The notes below the pieces were generated by a model that worked only from the letters and a program-made list of their open reading frames with translations, ran no database searches and was not told the DNA's origin. A DNA stretch of 64,000 bases. It comes from Lytechinus pictus. Lineage: Eukaryota. Position 1 is the first letter of the stretch; the number at the start of each line of letters is the position of its first letter. A program made the translations under genes and the position numbers. Location of the stretch: NCBI RefSeq assembly GCF_037042905.1, contig NC_087245.1:22880001-22944000 (forward strand), given 5' to 3'. This document shows positions 38,301 to 52,930 of the stretch, piece by piece.

Positions 38301-41300
38301 ACACATTGTTAATTGGCCTGCTGCGTGTTTATATTCACATTGTATTGTACCTTTACTGGTATTCTAAATGAATTCAATCAACCTTGTCGAACGTCGGAAA
38401 GTTTAATGTTTTCGAGAGGTTCTTGTTAATGGTTAAATGGTTTTCTTAATGATTAAATGGATTGAACATCTATATTTGACATAATTGAGCCACATTTGGC
38501 TAGCTCTACTTAAAGCACTTATTTAGAACATGGTTTAAATCACACCAGAGTATAGAGTAAGGAAATTTAACTTTAAACTTAATTACATGTCAAGAACACC
38601 CCAACAGCAAGCTGTAAAATTTTGCGTATACTTTAAAAAAACTGTGATGTGCTTAACATGCCTGCACTGTTAAAAAACCCTGATTTTACAGAAAAAAGAA
38701 AATTTTGCAGAAAGCAAAAACAGAATCATTCTGTAAATTCATAAAACATGAATTTTCTGCAATTTCACAGAACAGGTCTGTTTAAAAAGGGGAAAAGGAT
38801 GTTTTATTTAATGAAATTTAAAAGGTTCCATACACCAAATACCAATTTCCTGTAGGTGTTCTCGAGACTCTACTGCAGGAACTTCTTGTATTTTAAGGAT
38901 AAATTTTCTAACAGTGTGGTATGAAGGAATCGATGATGTCACACACTCACAGACACGTTAATCAATTAGAATAATAGTTAAGAAGCAAGTATTCGGACAA
39001 ATGGTTTCATTATGCACCAAGCAACAGATCATTTTAAATGATATTATTAAAACAAACAATTATCTATAACTGCTACTCACATAATTATCATTGCAATCCA
39101 CCGTGTTCGCCGCAGTGGAGTCATTGGATGTCGACATTTCATTGGACAGAGAACATTTATTTCGAAGTTCTTTGGATGCATTGATCTCCAGACCAAACAT
39201 CATACAGGATGTAATACAAGCGAAGATTGATACCAGCATGTAGATATAGACCTGAAATAGTAAAATGTAACGAGTAATGAGTATCAGACAGTTGGCTTTA
39301 GATTAAAGGTCGCGTCATATCAGTATGAGACATGCAGCTTTCGAACGCAATTACTCTGACGCGTCAATTTGTCAAAATATCGTTACGCGTTTGCGCAGAA
39401 TTTTTCTTTCGCTCCATCTGGCGAATGTTTTTTTGGCCAAATAAATGTGCCTCTAAAATTTTAAGGAACATAACAGTAAGCATTAAGATTTATCAGTAGT
39501 CAATCTAGTCATCACTCATTTATCTTTTTAGTCTATATTTGAAATATTCAAAAAATCTTTAAAATTTCACATCGAATTAGCCAAAGTTATTAGCCTGTTT
39601 CCCGCGTTTGGTCGCCCAGATATTATATTACATTTATACATGTATATATATTTTTAAAAATCTTTATTATTATAAATCAAGAATCACAATATCTGAAATA
39701 GATTGGAAAAAGTTAATACCTGAACTCTCTTTCCTCGGGAGAAACATAAGACAGCGCTCGTGACATTTGGTTACATTTAATAATTTGTTCATTATTATTT
39801 TTTTTACGATAAATAACTTAAAAGTATACAGGCCTTTATATTTAGTTTCTCAATCCCATCGAACATTGGAGCTGGACTGACGCAATCGCGTTGAAAATTA
39901 AATCCATTATCGTATTTTACACAAGAGTGCAAAATTGAGATCTCTATTTCACGTCCAGTTACTTGGTAAGGTCACCACATCCGACTTCCTTGTATGAAAG
40001 GTGTATTGATTAGTATGTCAAACGGGATAGAGTATGGTTGAAATTATGATACGGGCTGCTGGATCTAAACCTCAAGCGTATATTTACTTATCGGAGGCTG
40101 GCAAAATATGGGGATGCTATTTCTGCATACATCTTTCTTTGTTATGAATAAGTAGTCATGGATTGTCCCTCTTGGACAGTGTGTTCAGCATTCCTAAAAG
40201 TCAGGCTTGGAGAGGAGGGGGAGGGGGCATGCCCCTGGGAAGCGTGGGTGCTTTGTGTATTATTCTCCATAGGCAGCACCCCCTGGTTTTCTGGAAGATG
40301 TGTAAAAATGTAACCAAAATGACCATATTTTTGTGGTGAAACCGTTTTTTTCTCTCTTTTCAAATTTCTCGGGACCAATTTGACCTCCATTTTGTAGCGA
40401 AACCCTTTTTTTTGCTTTTCAAATTTACATCATCACCCAAAGTCAAGTTCCGAGGGCCCGGGGGGGGGGGTGAGGCAGCTTGCGGGCGTCGGCCCCACAA
40501 ACCCTCCCTTTTCCACTTGTCAAAAAGTTTTGTAATATGGAAAAATAATGTTCTCCGTGAGCGGCATTATTATTATTTTTTTTGGGGGGGGGGGGGGGTT
40601 AAAAAGGTGCACCCTCTGGTAAAACCTGAATTCGCCCCTGCAAATAATACAATTTGAATGGATGGAGCAAATGGACGAGTTTCGGACGGGGAGATTGCTA
40701 GTCACCCCTTATCCCCTGTTTTTATCCGGGAAATATAAGTTTAACTTACCACATAAGTTCCTTTACGATGTGACCATGTCCCAAATATCCCGCTTAGGAT
40801 GCACAACTGCATGGAAAAGAGATGATATTGACATTTTAGACTATGCTTACATTCTCAAATAAGATGTACAATCTTATTTGAACAGGAGTCCCTTTGAATA
40901 TAATTGTGGCTCTAAAAAAAATACACTCGATACACTGATACAATTACAACCCAAGATGATCATAATAATTTATACAGGTCATAGAATGATGAATATGAAA
41001 TTTAATTTGCCTGATAAAGCCCACAAATTTTTAAGGAATGGATTGGGAATGAAATAAACCTGGTCTAACGGTAGAAATCCGCATACACTATGCCAAACTG
41101 TATAAGTATCACTCAAAATTAAGTAAAAATAGTTTAGTACATTTGTCATAAACAATAAATGATCCTACCCAACGTTGATTCTTGCTCTTTTCTCAACGCT
41201 GCTAGATGGAGTCAAACCAAAGCAAAATAAAACAAAGTAAAACAAAACAAAAAGCGGATAAACTCACCCCTATCGACGGCCAAACAAATAGTACATTCCC

Positions 41301-43278
41301 GAGATCAGCATACTCCTCGCGAAAATGGAATTGTAGGGCACCGAGTGTAACAGCTTCTAAAGACAGTACCAACTGCAAGATGCCTGTGGTCAATCCTATA
41401 CGAGAATTGAATTTATCTAGCTTTCCGTAGTCCACTCGCTGACGGACGCCAAGTCCTATCCGAAATTTACGTTTCTTTTTCTTCTTCTTGGGGCTGAGGA
41501 TAAGAAATGAATACTGACTAAGTGAATAACTTGAACACGGTCAAGTGGATTTTGTTTAAAACCTAGATGTATTTTTTTTATCATGAAAATAAGCGCGGTG
41601 ATAAAAAAGACAATATTCCTGAAAAGAATGGGAGAGGACTTGCTCGGGAGAGGGAGATGGGACCATATTATACACAAATCTTTAAATAAAATCCCCCCTG
41701 AAGTTACCCACATGAACACGTTCTTTGTCCATTTTCAATTTCTAGTGTATCTATAATATAGTAAACTTAAAATGGATAACAATTCGTATTGAATAACTTG
41801 ACAGTAAAAAAAAAAAACACGCCATCAGATAGATGTATCGATAAAGGCTTGGCCCCATTGCACTTACGGATGCAGAGAGGATGGATGTAAAACGGACAAG
41901 AATCTTGCCATCCGTTGGAAAACGTTATATCCGTTGTTTACTCTTTACATACGTGTTTCATACGCTATACATCCGTCCACTGTGATTTCATTGTTCGCCC
42001 ATTTTGTCCGTTGTCTGGAGCGGATGAAAACGGATGCAGCCACCCCGAAATTTTGCTTGTCCGCTATATCCGTTATGACTACGTTTTGTGTCCGTCGGCC
42101 AGTGGGACCAGGCCTTTATAAGAAAATTTATATTTACAAGTATGCCCGAGCTCCACCTTGTCTTTATTCAATGTTCAATTAACAAAGCAATTATAATCCA
42201 CTTCTTCTCGTGTGTGTCTAAATACGTCATTGGTTACGTAGCAGCAGACAACTTGTCTTGTATTTCACTATACGAAATCTACATTAAACATTTAGGCATA
42301 TAAATATTTAATCCTTTAAACCTCTTTTTGTCTGGCGCTGTTTTCTGATCCACTCTTGTTGAAGTTTTCTTCGTCGGTGATGCCTGCGGTTTTGGTTTAA
42401 GTTGAGTCTTCTTTCCTTCCGTTTGCGATTTGACTTCACTGTTAGGAGCGAGTCCATTCTTGCCATTTTGCTGGTCAGTTACTAGGTACCTAGTAATAAT
42501 ATTATTGCATAAGGAAACATTAAAGCAATAATTCACGCGAAGGAATTGCAATTAATCACCATGCTTCCCTCGTATCCGGCAAAACCACAATTCAATCATT
42601 TGTCGCCGATGAAAATTATAATTTCTAGCGAATTGTAATGCATTGACCATGAATGCCTTGGATACATCCAAATGTTGTCGGCTATCTGAAATAATGCAAA
42701 CAAATTGCGATACAGTCACACCAACTAAACCGACTCCAAAACGACCAATGTGATGTTATGTACTAAATAACGTGACAGTTTTTATCGGTCTACATTTGAT
42801 TTCGATGAGACTGTATAATATAACAGATACATGGTAATATCAATAAAATTTAATATTGGGAAAAGTTTGAAATAGATTAATTTTGATTACGCTGAAATCA
42901 AGTGAATTACAAAATATGGAAGCTGATGTTGTGTGCCTGTATTCTATTGTCTATTTTACCCAAATTTAGCAAAACATGGCCGACTTTGATGTCATTGAAA
43001 CCACAATATAGTATTTTCTTCAATATTCTGACCGAAAAGAGAATCTTTTAAGCACGGTCTGAAATTAAAATGCAGGAAGTTTGCAAAGAGGATTTGGATC
43101 TTTCTAAATAAATAATGCGAAGGTGAATGTTGGCTATTTAGACCTAAAAACGAGATATTCTTAGCCTTTTTTGTAATCATGAACATATGCGGATCTGACT
43201 TAAAAGTTCATACGAACGCGAAGCGCGACCTGAAAGGGGGGGGGGGTTCAAGGAATATTTGTGGGAATTCGACTAATC

Positions 43279-43310
<32 letters not shown>

Positions 43311-46300
43311 CCTAGGTCGGCGTCGGCACCTTTTTGTAAATATGAACAGGATGCCTATCTCGCTAAAATAATTATAATAACTTCGAATCGGTAGCAAAAT
43401 AATTTACGCGTGTTAATTTGAAAACCAAATACTTTAAGGCCCATATTTTTTCCTACTGAGCAGATTAATATCACATTTACCAGGCGATGCGAGTGAGAAG
43501 CACGAGCGAAATTTTTATATAATAACCTGAAAGTTTGTATATTTTTCAACTATTCCCATCCCTTATTACATTCAGTCTCCTTCCTCTTATCTTCCTTCAT
43601 CTTTTCTCTCTTTTTTCATTTTTTCGTCTTTATTTTCCCCCTTTTAGAGCGCCGTCTATGTACACCCGTTTACAAAGGTATAAAATAATCAATAGATATC
43701 AAGTGCAGTTTCCATTGTCATATCAATTAAAATAATATTCGCATATTGAAATTCTGAATAGTGGGCATGCATATTGTTGCCCCGTATACATGTAGCATGC
43801 TCAGTATTTATTAAATCATACATTTTTCCTCTTAGAATGGTGAGTAGTCTTCTTTGTAATACCCAGGTAAATTTGACTTGACATTGATAAAGATTTTACA
43901 AGAGAGTAATCTCTCACCTCACACCTCTCGAGCTCTAAATTGTATCATTTTCATTTTCGAAGCCAGATAGATTTTTATGGAAAGCATGTTATGAGATTTC
44001 CATTCTTTGTGACCTCGTCCCTAAAATCAACAAAGCCTCAGGTATATATTATAGGGGTCGTCGAAAGCAGCATCTCAAGACTGAAGTAATATCGGATCCT
44101 TTCTATGAAAGTTCTTCGGCTATAATCATTTTCAAATATACCGCACAGTTGACCTCTGTATCTATAATCATGTAATCAAAGGTTGTTGCAAGAGGTTTAT
44201 GAAATAAGTGAATGCAGTCTTAAGAGTGGTACACTGTTAGAACATTTTTACTTTAATCAATCTTACGTGCATTTGTGTAAAATTACAGACAATTGGTATT
44301 TGGTGTATGTAACCTTACAAATTTATTGTAATAAAAATGTTTTCCCCCTTCTTAAAAGAGACCTGTTCTGTAAATTGTAGAAAATATTTCCTGTTATGAC
44401 AATTTACAGTATGATTTGGTTATTTCTTTCTGTAAAATCTTTTTTTTCTAACAGTGTACTGATTTCCCCCAAAATGAGTTGCCAGGCTCTTATACAGTGC
44501 GTATCAAATAAAAGTTTACACTTTGAAAAAGCCCTTGGAATAAAAAAATATACAAGATGTGGGTAATTTTTTCACATGTAATCTTGGGTTTGGGTCTCAT
44601 CTATCCAATGAAAGTAAAAATTTTGACAGAATGTTACACTTGAGTGAGCAATGTCCATTTTTGTAAAGCTCGCAGAAATCTGTTTGCGCAGAAATGCTCG
44701 TTTTCACGCTGTGTCAAGGGGAAAGGGCGAAATCAAACGTACCCTGCGAAACATTTCTCATACATTTCCCTTGCACTTTTAGTCAATTGAAATAAAAAGG
44801 ATACATTCAAGCATTTTGTAACAATTTTGCCACCCAAATTGAAATTTCAACACTTAGTAAGCACAACAATTACCCTTTTTGTGACAGCTGGATCTGAGGA
44901 CATAACTGAATCAAACGTGTATATCAGACATCTCCAGCATTTTTCACTCAGTTTTTATCATTTAAATTGGTTTACATTTCATTTTTCATTTTATACTTGT
45001 TTCTCCACACTTTTCCCAAGCTAGACAATGATTAACAAAATGAAAATCAAGCCTAAGCTATTTCATGTAAATCACAGCTCAGTGTAAAGCAAATATCGTC
45101 ACGATGGTCGCGGTGTGTGGGGTGGGGCGCAGTGCACTCTTCGAAGTGTTTTGGGCAAGGAAACAAGTTTAAAAATGTAAAAGATATCTTCAAATCAATT
45201 GTACTAGCTAAATTCCATGTGTTCTTCATGATTAAGATCTACTTTTATTCGCATATCTATTTCAAAGTTATGCGCAAATCCTTTTTCACTAACTTTTCAA
45301 AAGTAAGTGGTGCTCACTCAAGCGGAATTTTTTTTCGACAGTTATATCGTCATTTGCTTAAATGGATCAGTACCAATGTTAAAATGTGGAAAAATATTCA
45401 GGATAATTTTACAGGATTTTCTTTAAGTGTAAACTTTCTTTTGATACGCACTGTATTTCGATCACCAGTTTCAATTAAAGGTCACGTTCACCCCAGAAAA
45501 ATGATGATTTGAATAAATAGAGAAATATCAAGCTAGCAACGTTATGACATTTTAGGGTTTCGCTTATTTTTCACATAACAGTTATATGCACACCTCAGTG
45601 ACATGCAAATGAGACAGTCGAGGATGTCCAACACTCGCGATTTCTTTTGTATTTTATTGTTTGATATTTCATTTTTTTTTTTCAGATTTGACAATAAGGA
45701 CCAACTTGACTGAACCACATTTAGTAATAAAACAATGCTAATTCAACATGTTCAGGGAGGAATTAATCTTTGATCCACTTTACAATTAGGAGAAAATTAG
45801 AATATTTCATATTTAATATGATAAAATGCAAATGAAATAGTGAGTGGATGACGTCATCGGTCTCCTTATTTCCATACCGACCAGGATGTGCATATATCTG
45901 TTTTGTGAAATTAAGCGAAACTTTCAAATGTCCTAACTCTCTCATTTTACATCCGATTTTGATGAAATTTTCAAGGTTAAGCTTGGATTTTTCTCTTTTT
46001 ATTCAAATAAACGTATGGTTGGGGTGAAATTGCCCTTTAAACAGTAGTCTAAAATAATGTATGATTTGAATATGGGTAGCCAGAAGACCATTAACATCCA
46101 CATTTTTCTCATCTGACAAAATCAAGAAAGCCTCAGGTATGGGCTTGAAAACAGCATCTGAGGATATTAGATCCTCGTCAGATCTGATAACTTTCCTTGA
46201 TTTTAACTGGATGAGAAGCATATTTTTAATGTATCTATCAGATTAAGAATAATATGTCGGATAAAACATCCGACAATGTTTTTAATAAAAATCCCCGGAT

Positions 46301-46903
46301 AATGTTATACGGAAAGTATCATAAACTATCTGGAACTGATAACTAAAGTAGATTTCTTCCCCGCTATTTCTAAAGTAAAAGAGCTCAGCAAGCATTATAG
46401 GAAAACCATACATGGCTTACCATTTTATAATTTAAATACATCATGGCATAGATTAAACTGCAAATAAGTATTATCAGCAAAATTATAACGTCACCAAGTT
46501 GTATTAAAAGCTGCAATATCGATTTCAGTGGGAATCTGAATTCTGCAATAAGGTTTTAAGATCGATATCTGAAATGCATTACAAATGCCTGAAAATAAAC
46601 TAAAAAGGATCGTTAAAATAAATCAAACAGTAAAGATTACACGAAAACAAACCAACGTTGAGTGGACAAGTAACAACCACTTATACACGCAGTAATGACG
46701 AAATGGAATAATCACCTCTGGTGGTTATTTGTTGATTTGGCGCCACCGATTGCCATGTTGCATTTTCCTTTCGATGGAGAAGTTTTGGCGCTTTGGCTCA
46801 CCTCTGCTTTGCTAACTCCATTGCGTGATTGGTGTAGTCCGCCATTGATATGCCCATCCGTCGCTGCTTTACCGTGGATGTTATTTGCATTATGCGTATC
46901 CAT
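35304..46903 (-). CDS. MS4A/CD20-like four-transmembrane protein, ~341 aa; exons 46903-46716, 42489-42322, 41493-41268, 40806-40750, 39251-39081, 38164-38045, 35876-35800, 35322-35304
   Basis: All GT-AG joins in frame (1026 nt). TM1 TGILQLVLSLEAVTLG, W..IG|LCILSGIFG TM2, TM3 VYIYMLVSIFACITSC, two Cys in the second loop, TM4 LAVIALIQILISFVAA..C. The one-TM-per-exon layout is typical of MS4A. Terminal exons are less certain. Confidence 0.75.
35981..36587. mobile_element. Long-TIR palindromic MITE with TTAA TSD (Kolobok-type)
   Basis: TTAA|AGGGATGGTCCGGGCTG ... CAGCCTGGACCACCCCT|TTAA; arms inverted over more than 200 bp. Confidence 0.85.
38665..38916. mobile_element. CACTGT-ended MITE (EnSpm-like); relatives at 44232-44456 and ~36695-36942
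   Basis: CACTGTTA...TAACAGTG ends with 2-bp duplications (TG here, TA at 44232). Confidence 0.7.
41845..42115. mobile_element. Harbinger-like MITE with TWA flanks
   Basis: TAA|AGGCTTGGCCCCATTG ... CAGTGGGACCAGGCCT|TTA; internal ACGGAT/ATCCGT motifs. Confidence 0.7.
44495..45453. mobile_element. Tc1/mariner-type non-autonomous element
   Basis: TA|CAGTGCGTATCAAA.AAAAGTTTACACTT ... AAGTGTAAACTTT.TTTTGATACGCACTG|TA. Confidence 0.88.
45479..46036. mobile_element. TTAA-flanked MITE (Kolobok/piggyBac-type)
   Basis: TTAA|AGGTCACGTTCACCCC ... GGGGTGAAATTGCCCT|TTAA. Confidence 0.8.
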
Positions 46904-47818
46904 GGTGACATGAATCCGACTGGAAAAAAGTGGTAGTAGATGAACAGAAATTAATATATTGATGAATTTGGTGCACCCCTTTCCCTCTCCACCCTCTCTC
47001 TCTCCCTTTCCCCTTTCTCTTTATATCCCTCCCCTTTTCTTTCTCTCTCTTTCTCTCCCCCTCTCTCTCTCTCATCCACTTCTCCTTTCCTGTGTCAACT
47101 CAATTCATTATTGCCTGTCAAACGCGGGGTAATGAATCGCAAAATAAACAATGGATTAATAAATAGCACACTGCCTATCACATCGACAACAGACACGAAA
47201 TGCACTTCGCCAAATTAACATCAGACTTGCAAGTGCGTTGATATACCCGTAGCAACAGGTTAATTATCATCGGGTCACATCAAGGTACGTAATTAAGACC
47301 TATTCACAAAACTGTAACAACGAACAAAAAGCACAGCAGGCCGACTGAATAAAGAATTGCTTCATTATCACACTAAAAGTTAACTTACCACCCAGGGGGG
47401 GGGGGGGGGGGGGGGGGGCTTGGGGCGTCTGCTCCCTGATATTTTTCAATAAAGAAAACAAAGTAGAAGAGGAGACCATCGAGGAAAAAAGGAGGGAGAG
47501 TATACTGTGAGGTGAGCCGTGTAACTCTACATACCCCTGTTAGTTTTCAACCAATTTTTAAAACCATTTCTACCTTTTTAGTGATACATTCTTAAATCAT
47601 AGGTTTGTGCGTGTGTATGGGTGTGTGTATGATTTTGCTCATAATCGGAATGTTACTGTCCGACAATTGGTGTAACATGAATCACGTGATCATTTTTATT
47701 TAGCCCATCACGTACAAGGCAGTGTTGTGCTTTTCGCTGATCTCACTCAGTCTGAAAGCTTCACATAATGTATGTAGGCCTATAGGGTTAAACGAAAGTT
47801 GTCATCATCAGCTTATCA

Positions 47819-47950
47819 GGGTCCCGTAACACGAAGGTTAGTGATTAATCGTACGCTCGATCTTCGCGATTGATTGTATATTTTAGTCAATGGAATCAAT
47901 CGTAGAAAAACGTTCTACGATCATTGCTTATCTTTGTGTTACGGAGCCCT
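47819..47950. mobile_element. Small Harbinger-like MITE
   Basis: GGGTCCCGTAACACGAAG ... CTTTGTGTTACGGAGCCC with CAG/CTG flanks. Confidence 0.7.
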
Positions 47951-50074
47951 GAAGTATGCGCAAATTGAGAGTATACTGTTCTGTGCTATTTCTGGTAAAA
48001 GTGCGTTGTACTCTATACTATCGAAGATGAAAGTTAAGTTCCCTGCACTGTTTAGGCCCTACTATCTTGTTCTCCTTCTCTTAGCCTGAAATTAGTCATA
48101 TGATTTAAATGAAAAATAAACTTTCTCTCTTTTCTATAAGATTATATTTTTTATTTTTTTTTATATCAAATAATCTACTGTTTTAAGGAATGATGTCAAA
48201 TCCTATGCCATATCATAATCATGAGTGTAGAGGCTATCTTTCCTCAGCTCCGATTCGGGAGGATATCTACATCCAAATTGCCTCGGAAACGATACCTGCA
48301 CTTTCATAAAATGGAATCAATTAATCGTTCATCTTGCTTTATCGATCCTAAATTCGATTATACTAATTCATCTGCGAATGAAATAATGTACAGGCTCAAT
48401 TGAACTCCTTCTACTCTGATTCGTCAGACGATTTTGTGTGTTTTCCATTTGTCGAACTGCTAAATACCTTGTATACGCTTTATCTTGAGTCGTCTGCGCG
48501 AGATTCTCTTCTCGCAATAGTTGTGCTTACACATAAGGTCCTACTTGATTTATTTGCTTTTCATTAAAGATGCTTTGGCAAATATAATTACGAGTCCATT
48601 AGCAATTATCTGTCGGACACTGTTCCTCTGATAAACGCAAGGGCAATATCATTTTGAATGCGAAAAGATCCTACAGTGCCTAAAATCGTCAAGTTTGAAG
48701 TGCAGAAACGCAAATTAACATCTTAATCAATGTACTTAAGAATTCGTGAAAGCAAGAGAACGGGTATGACTATAGGCAACCAATGTCTATCACCTACATT
48801 AATTCTGAGTTGTCATATTTTAATGGCGTTTTTCTTTCTGTTTCCATCGTTTCTTATATATCGTTACCAGAGGCCACAGAGCCATTTTAGTGCTAACGCC
48901 TGGGGATAATGGCCAATGGTTGTTAGTTGCAAAATGCAAAACGTGAATATTTCATAAGCGAGTAAACTAGCGTTTTAAACTAAAAATAGACGCCTCTTCA
49001 CAAGAGGAATATAAAGAGGAACAGTTAAGTTAATATACATGTAGATACCAACATCAATACAATAACACAATAACCGGGCTGGATAATAGCAGTTGTGCAA
49101 TTAGAGCCAAACTTGGGAAGAAGAAAATGTGCAACACCAACGTGACCACTTAGGCATATTGGCTGACTTGAAACAATGGCTCCCCAGTAAACATGTAGTC
49201 AGAATAGAAAAAGTAATAAGTGTAAAGATAAAGATCTACTCTTGTAGAATGTTGGATATTGATTCAATTTACCATTTTCGAAATTATTTTCTTCGATCTT
49301 TGATGTAAAGAGATGTTATCTTGATTAGAGATACAAATATATTTCATCCCAAAGTCCAATTAAAAAGGTAAATACAATTTGACGTATGCTGACAGTTAAA
49401 TCAGTTAGGAAAGGGGTTGACTTAATTAGTGAGAACTATTTGGGCAACCGCACTTTCATTATTTTCGAGTTTTGAGGGAAACGCTCAGCGATCTTTTGTT
49501 TAATAAAACGATTTCTTTTATAACAATCCTAGTCGTATAGTGTGAATCTATACGACCGGTCTTGCAAAGAGTGTTTTCACTGGACAATCATTTAACCTTA
49601 AGATAGTACAAACAAGGCAGTTTGTCATGTGAATGTCATGAGCTGTCCATCCACAGCTCTTCATTCACGGTATAACACACCTACATACCTTACAGCTGTA
49701 ATACAATTAGCAGTACGGCGCAGAAAATATCTGTGTCCTTTTTCATAAATTTGTTATCATTTTACATATATCCCTCAAGAAATGAAGTCAAAATTGTATT
49801 TGACGTGTACGACATTTATTACAAAAGTGAAATACATATTTTCTAACGATTGTCTCCATCGTATCATTTTGCATCCTTCTCCAGTGATTTGATTTATTCC
49901 TATACCACATATCGGCATCCTTCTTCATGATTTGTTTTTTTTTGTTTTTTTCGGGTTTCTTACATATTTCTCCGTCACTGCTATCAATGTCTAGGCTTAT
50001 GCAAGACTTTAATCTGACAACGAATCCCTTCAACCTCTCTTTCTATCTGTATCTCGCTTCCTCTGTCGTAATGG

Positions 50075-50180
50075 AGGTACCGTAGTCGAGTTGTCTAAGG
50101 CACCTGACTATAAACCCGAGGTTCAACCCCTCGACACGGTACATTGGGCAGGGAAATAAGTCTATATTATGCGCTACTCT
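50075..50180 (+). mobile_element. Degenerate tRNA-derived SINE head
   Basis: GTAGTCGAGTTGTCTAAGGC A-box-like and GGTTCAACCCC B-box-like motifs without a complete cloverleaf. Confidence 0.5.
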
Positions 50181-51686
50181 GTTATACACTCAATACTTTC
50201 AGCAGTAGTGGTACCAACCTTTGCAAGCATTTACAGAAGAAGTAAAATGCTCTTCTGTGTTATGTGTTCCGATAAGGGATGCCCTACAGATGAGGTAGGA
50301 GGCGACTACCCCTTTGATGATTATCAATATTACCTGAACTGAGGTAACTGAGGTATGATTGAGCAATAGCATATCAACAAGAAAATATATATACCTCACT
50401 TTACAGGAATGTATAGTCTGCATTAAGTTAATACAACCCTTTCTTTAAGGTTTGTAGTATATAATGTAGTTCGAACGTCTATTTCAGAAGATGTCTAACT
50501 GACTTACAATCAATTGATGATCAACATTGTGAAAGTATCGAGTCGGCAAAACACGGTATCCTTGGTTGCTATTAGATAATGAAAGAACACGAACTGACAG
50601 GCAATATCAATATCAACAAGTAATTGCTGCATGGTTGACTAGATTTGATTCCATTATTGAAGAGTGCAATCATTCTAATGGAAGTGCTGAGTACTGTACA
50701 TTTAGGGCCCTGGGTTTTTTTTTGGCTGGGGGTGCTGAAATAATTTTGACAAGCAAAAAAAAAGATCTTCACTACGAAATGAAGGTCTTTTTGGTCTCAG
50801 GAAATTTGACAAGTAAAAAAAAGTTTGTCAAAACATAAAGTTCGTTTTGGTCTCAGGAAATTGGACAAGCAAACAAAATGTCATATTTTGACACACCTAC
50901 CAGAATTCCAGGGGGTGCTGCCTATGGAAAATTATACACGTAGCACCTCCTGGGAAAATCTTCGGAGTGCTTCAGCACCCCTAACGTCCCCGCTTCCCAG
51001 GGCCATGACTACATTAAATATTCATGATATATGCCGACCTTAACTCCACAATGATGACTATTTTCATCAAGCTGGAATTATTGATAATGTTTCCAATAAA
51101 AATCCAAGGTAACATGTTTGTCATGCAAGTAATGACAAACAGAAAATGAAGAAAAAAAATGGCAAACATGGCCACAATGGCATTGAGAAAAAAAGGTAGG
51201 TTCAATTGTCACTTCATTTGAAAAAGGATTCGTGTATTAACTCTGGGCGTTCTAGCATTTCGTGAGACGCACTTACTCTTATACAAATCGACTCTGCAGT
51301 GAACATGTTAAAGCTCACTTCGATAAACAGATGTTTTTTTTCAGTCTGAGTGTTTTTACTTTATTTTTATTCTTCTTTATACTTTGGAAAAAAAAGGATA
51401 ATTGCATTAGTTTCCCCATTCTCAAAGTGGGGAAAAATGTCCTGTTTCTTGTCAAGCATTCACCAATAAAATGTTCTATCATAATGCGACTATGACATCA
51501 GCCATCTAAAGTACCAAGACGAATAGATTACGTATTATTGCAATCTCCTTTTCGGTTTATCTCTCGAGTCAGCAAGTTAGACTTTTAAATAATGCAATGT
51601 AATATCAATACAACTTTTAAAGACAAATAGTTTCATCGTTGGATCAGGGGTCATTATTTCCCAAAGAGATTAAGATATAGTGAGAC

Positions 51687-52367
51687 GGACTCTGATGGAA
51701 AGATCACAGAGTTTCACAGAGTGTCCACAGCAAGTTCACAGTGTGCTCACAGTGAGTTCACAAAATGTTCAGTGTGTCTACAAAGTGTCCACAGTGTTTA
51801 TAGTGTTTTCACAGAATGTTTATAGTGTTCCACAGCGTGTTCACGGAATGTTCACAGTGTATTCACAGTGTGTCCAAGTAACTCCTGCACGGAAGTGTGC
51901 AATCATTTTAATGGCAGCGCCAAGTGTTACATTAAATATTCATGAGTTATGCCGACCTTAACTCCACAATGATGATTATTTTCATCAAACTGGAATTTTT
52001 TTTCCCATAGAGATTAAGAAATAGTGTGTAGGACCCTGATGGAAAGGTCACAGAGTCACAAAAGCGTCCACTGCATGTTGACATTATATCCACAGTGTTT
52101 TCAGTGTCCACCATGTGTCCACAATGTGAGGATATGTGTCCCAGTGTGTTCACAATGAGTAACACAGAGTGTAACTGCGTATTCACAGTTTGTTCACAGT
52201 GGGTCAAAAGTGTGTTCGCACAGTGGGCTATCTATAGAGGTGATTCATAATGTTAATATACTAAAATTTAGCTTTGTAAAATATTTTCGCATTGTGTTCC
52301 ACATTGTGAACATAGTGTGAATACATTATGGACACACTTTGGAACATTCTGCTTTCCATCAATGACC
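51687..52367. repeat. Two related elements with internal ~11-bp CACAGTGTGTT-type tandem units (51687-51880 partial; 52031-52367 with inverted ends)
   Basis: Both start GGAC.CTGATGGAAAG.TCACAGAGT; the second ends CTTTCCATCAATGACC. Confidence 0.7.
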
Positions 52368-52891
52368 ACAGTTTTATCTTAAAAAAATATCTGTATGATG
52401 AAATACTAGTAGTTTTCGGCACAAAAAAAAATCTGACTTCAATATTAATAAAACTTATACAATAATGTCTTCACATCTTACGTAGATCGAATATCGTAAC
52501 CAGGTGGACGATGATTTTGCATTAATGATATTAATGACAATAATAATAATATTGATGATGATAATGAAGACGGTAGCAATGACGATGATAATGGTGACGA
52601 TGATGATGGTGGTGGTGGTGATACTGATGTTAAGAATAGAATTGATGATGATTATAACCAAATCCTAATGAAATTAACTAAGCGTTACTATACATACTCG
52701 TATGGAGTGCTTAAGTGCTTTGCATGTAGCCATCCCATCACACCGTCATTTTAATGAAATATTTCAATGCCAGGTCCCCATTTACTGTAATTGGATAGAG
52801 TGAAGCACAAACGCTCTTGTTAAATGGTACCAGTTTCCCTAAAAAATCGTATGGGTATAAAGCTCTAATTCAATTTTTTTGGGATTTTTTG

Positions 52892-52930
<39 letters not shown>

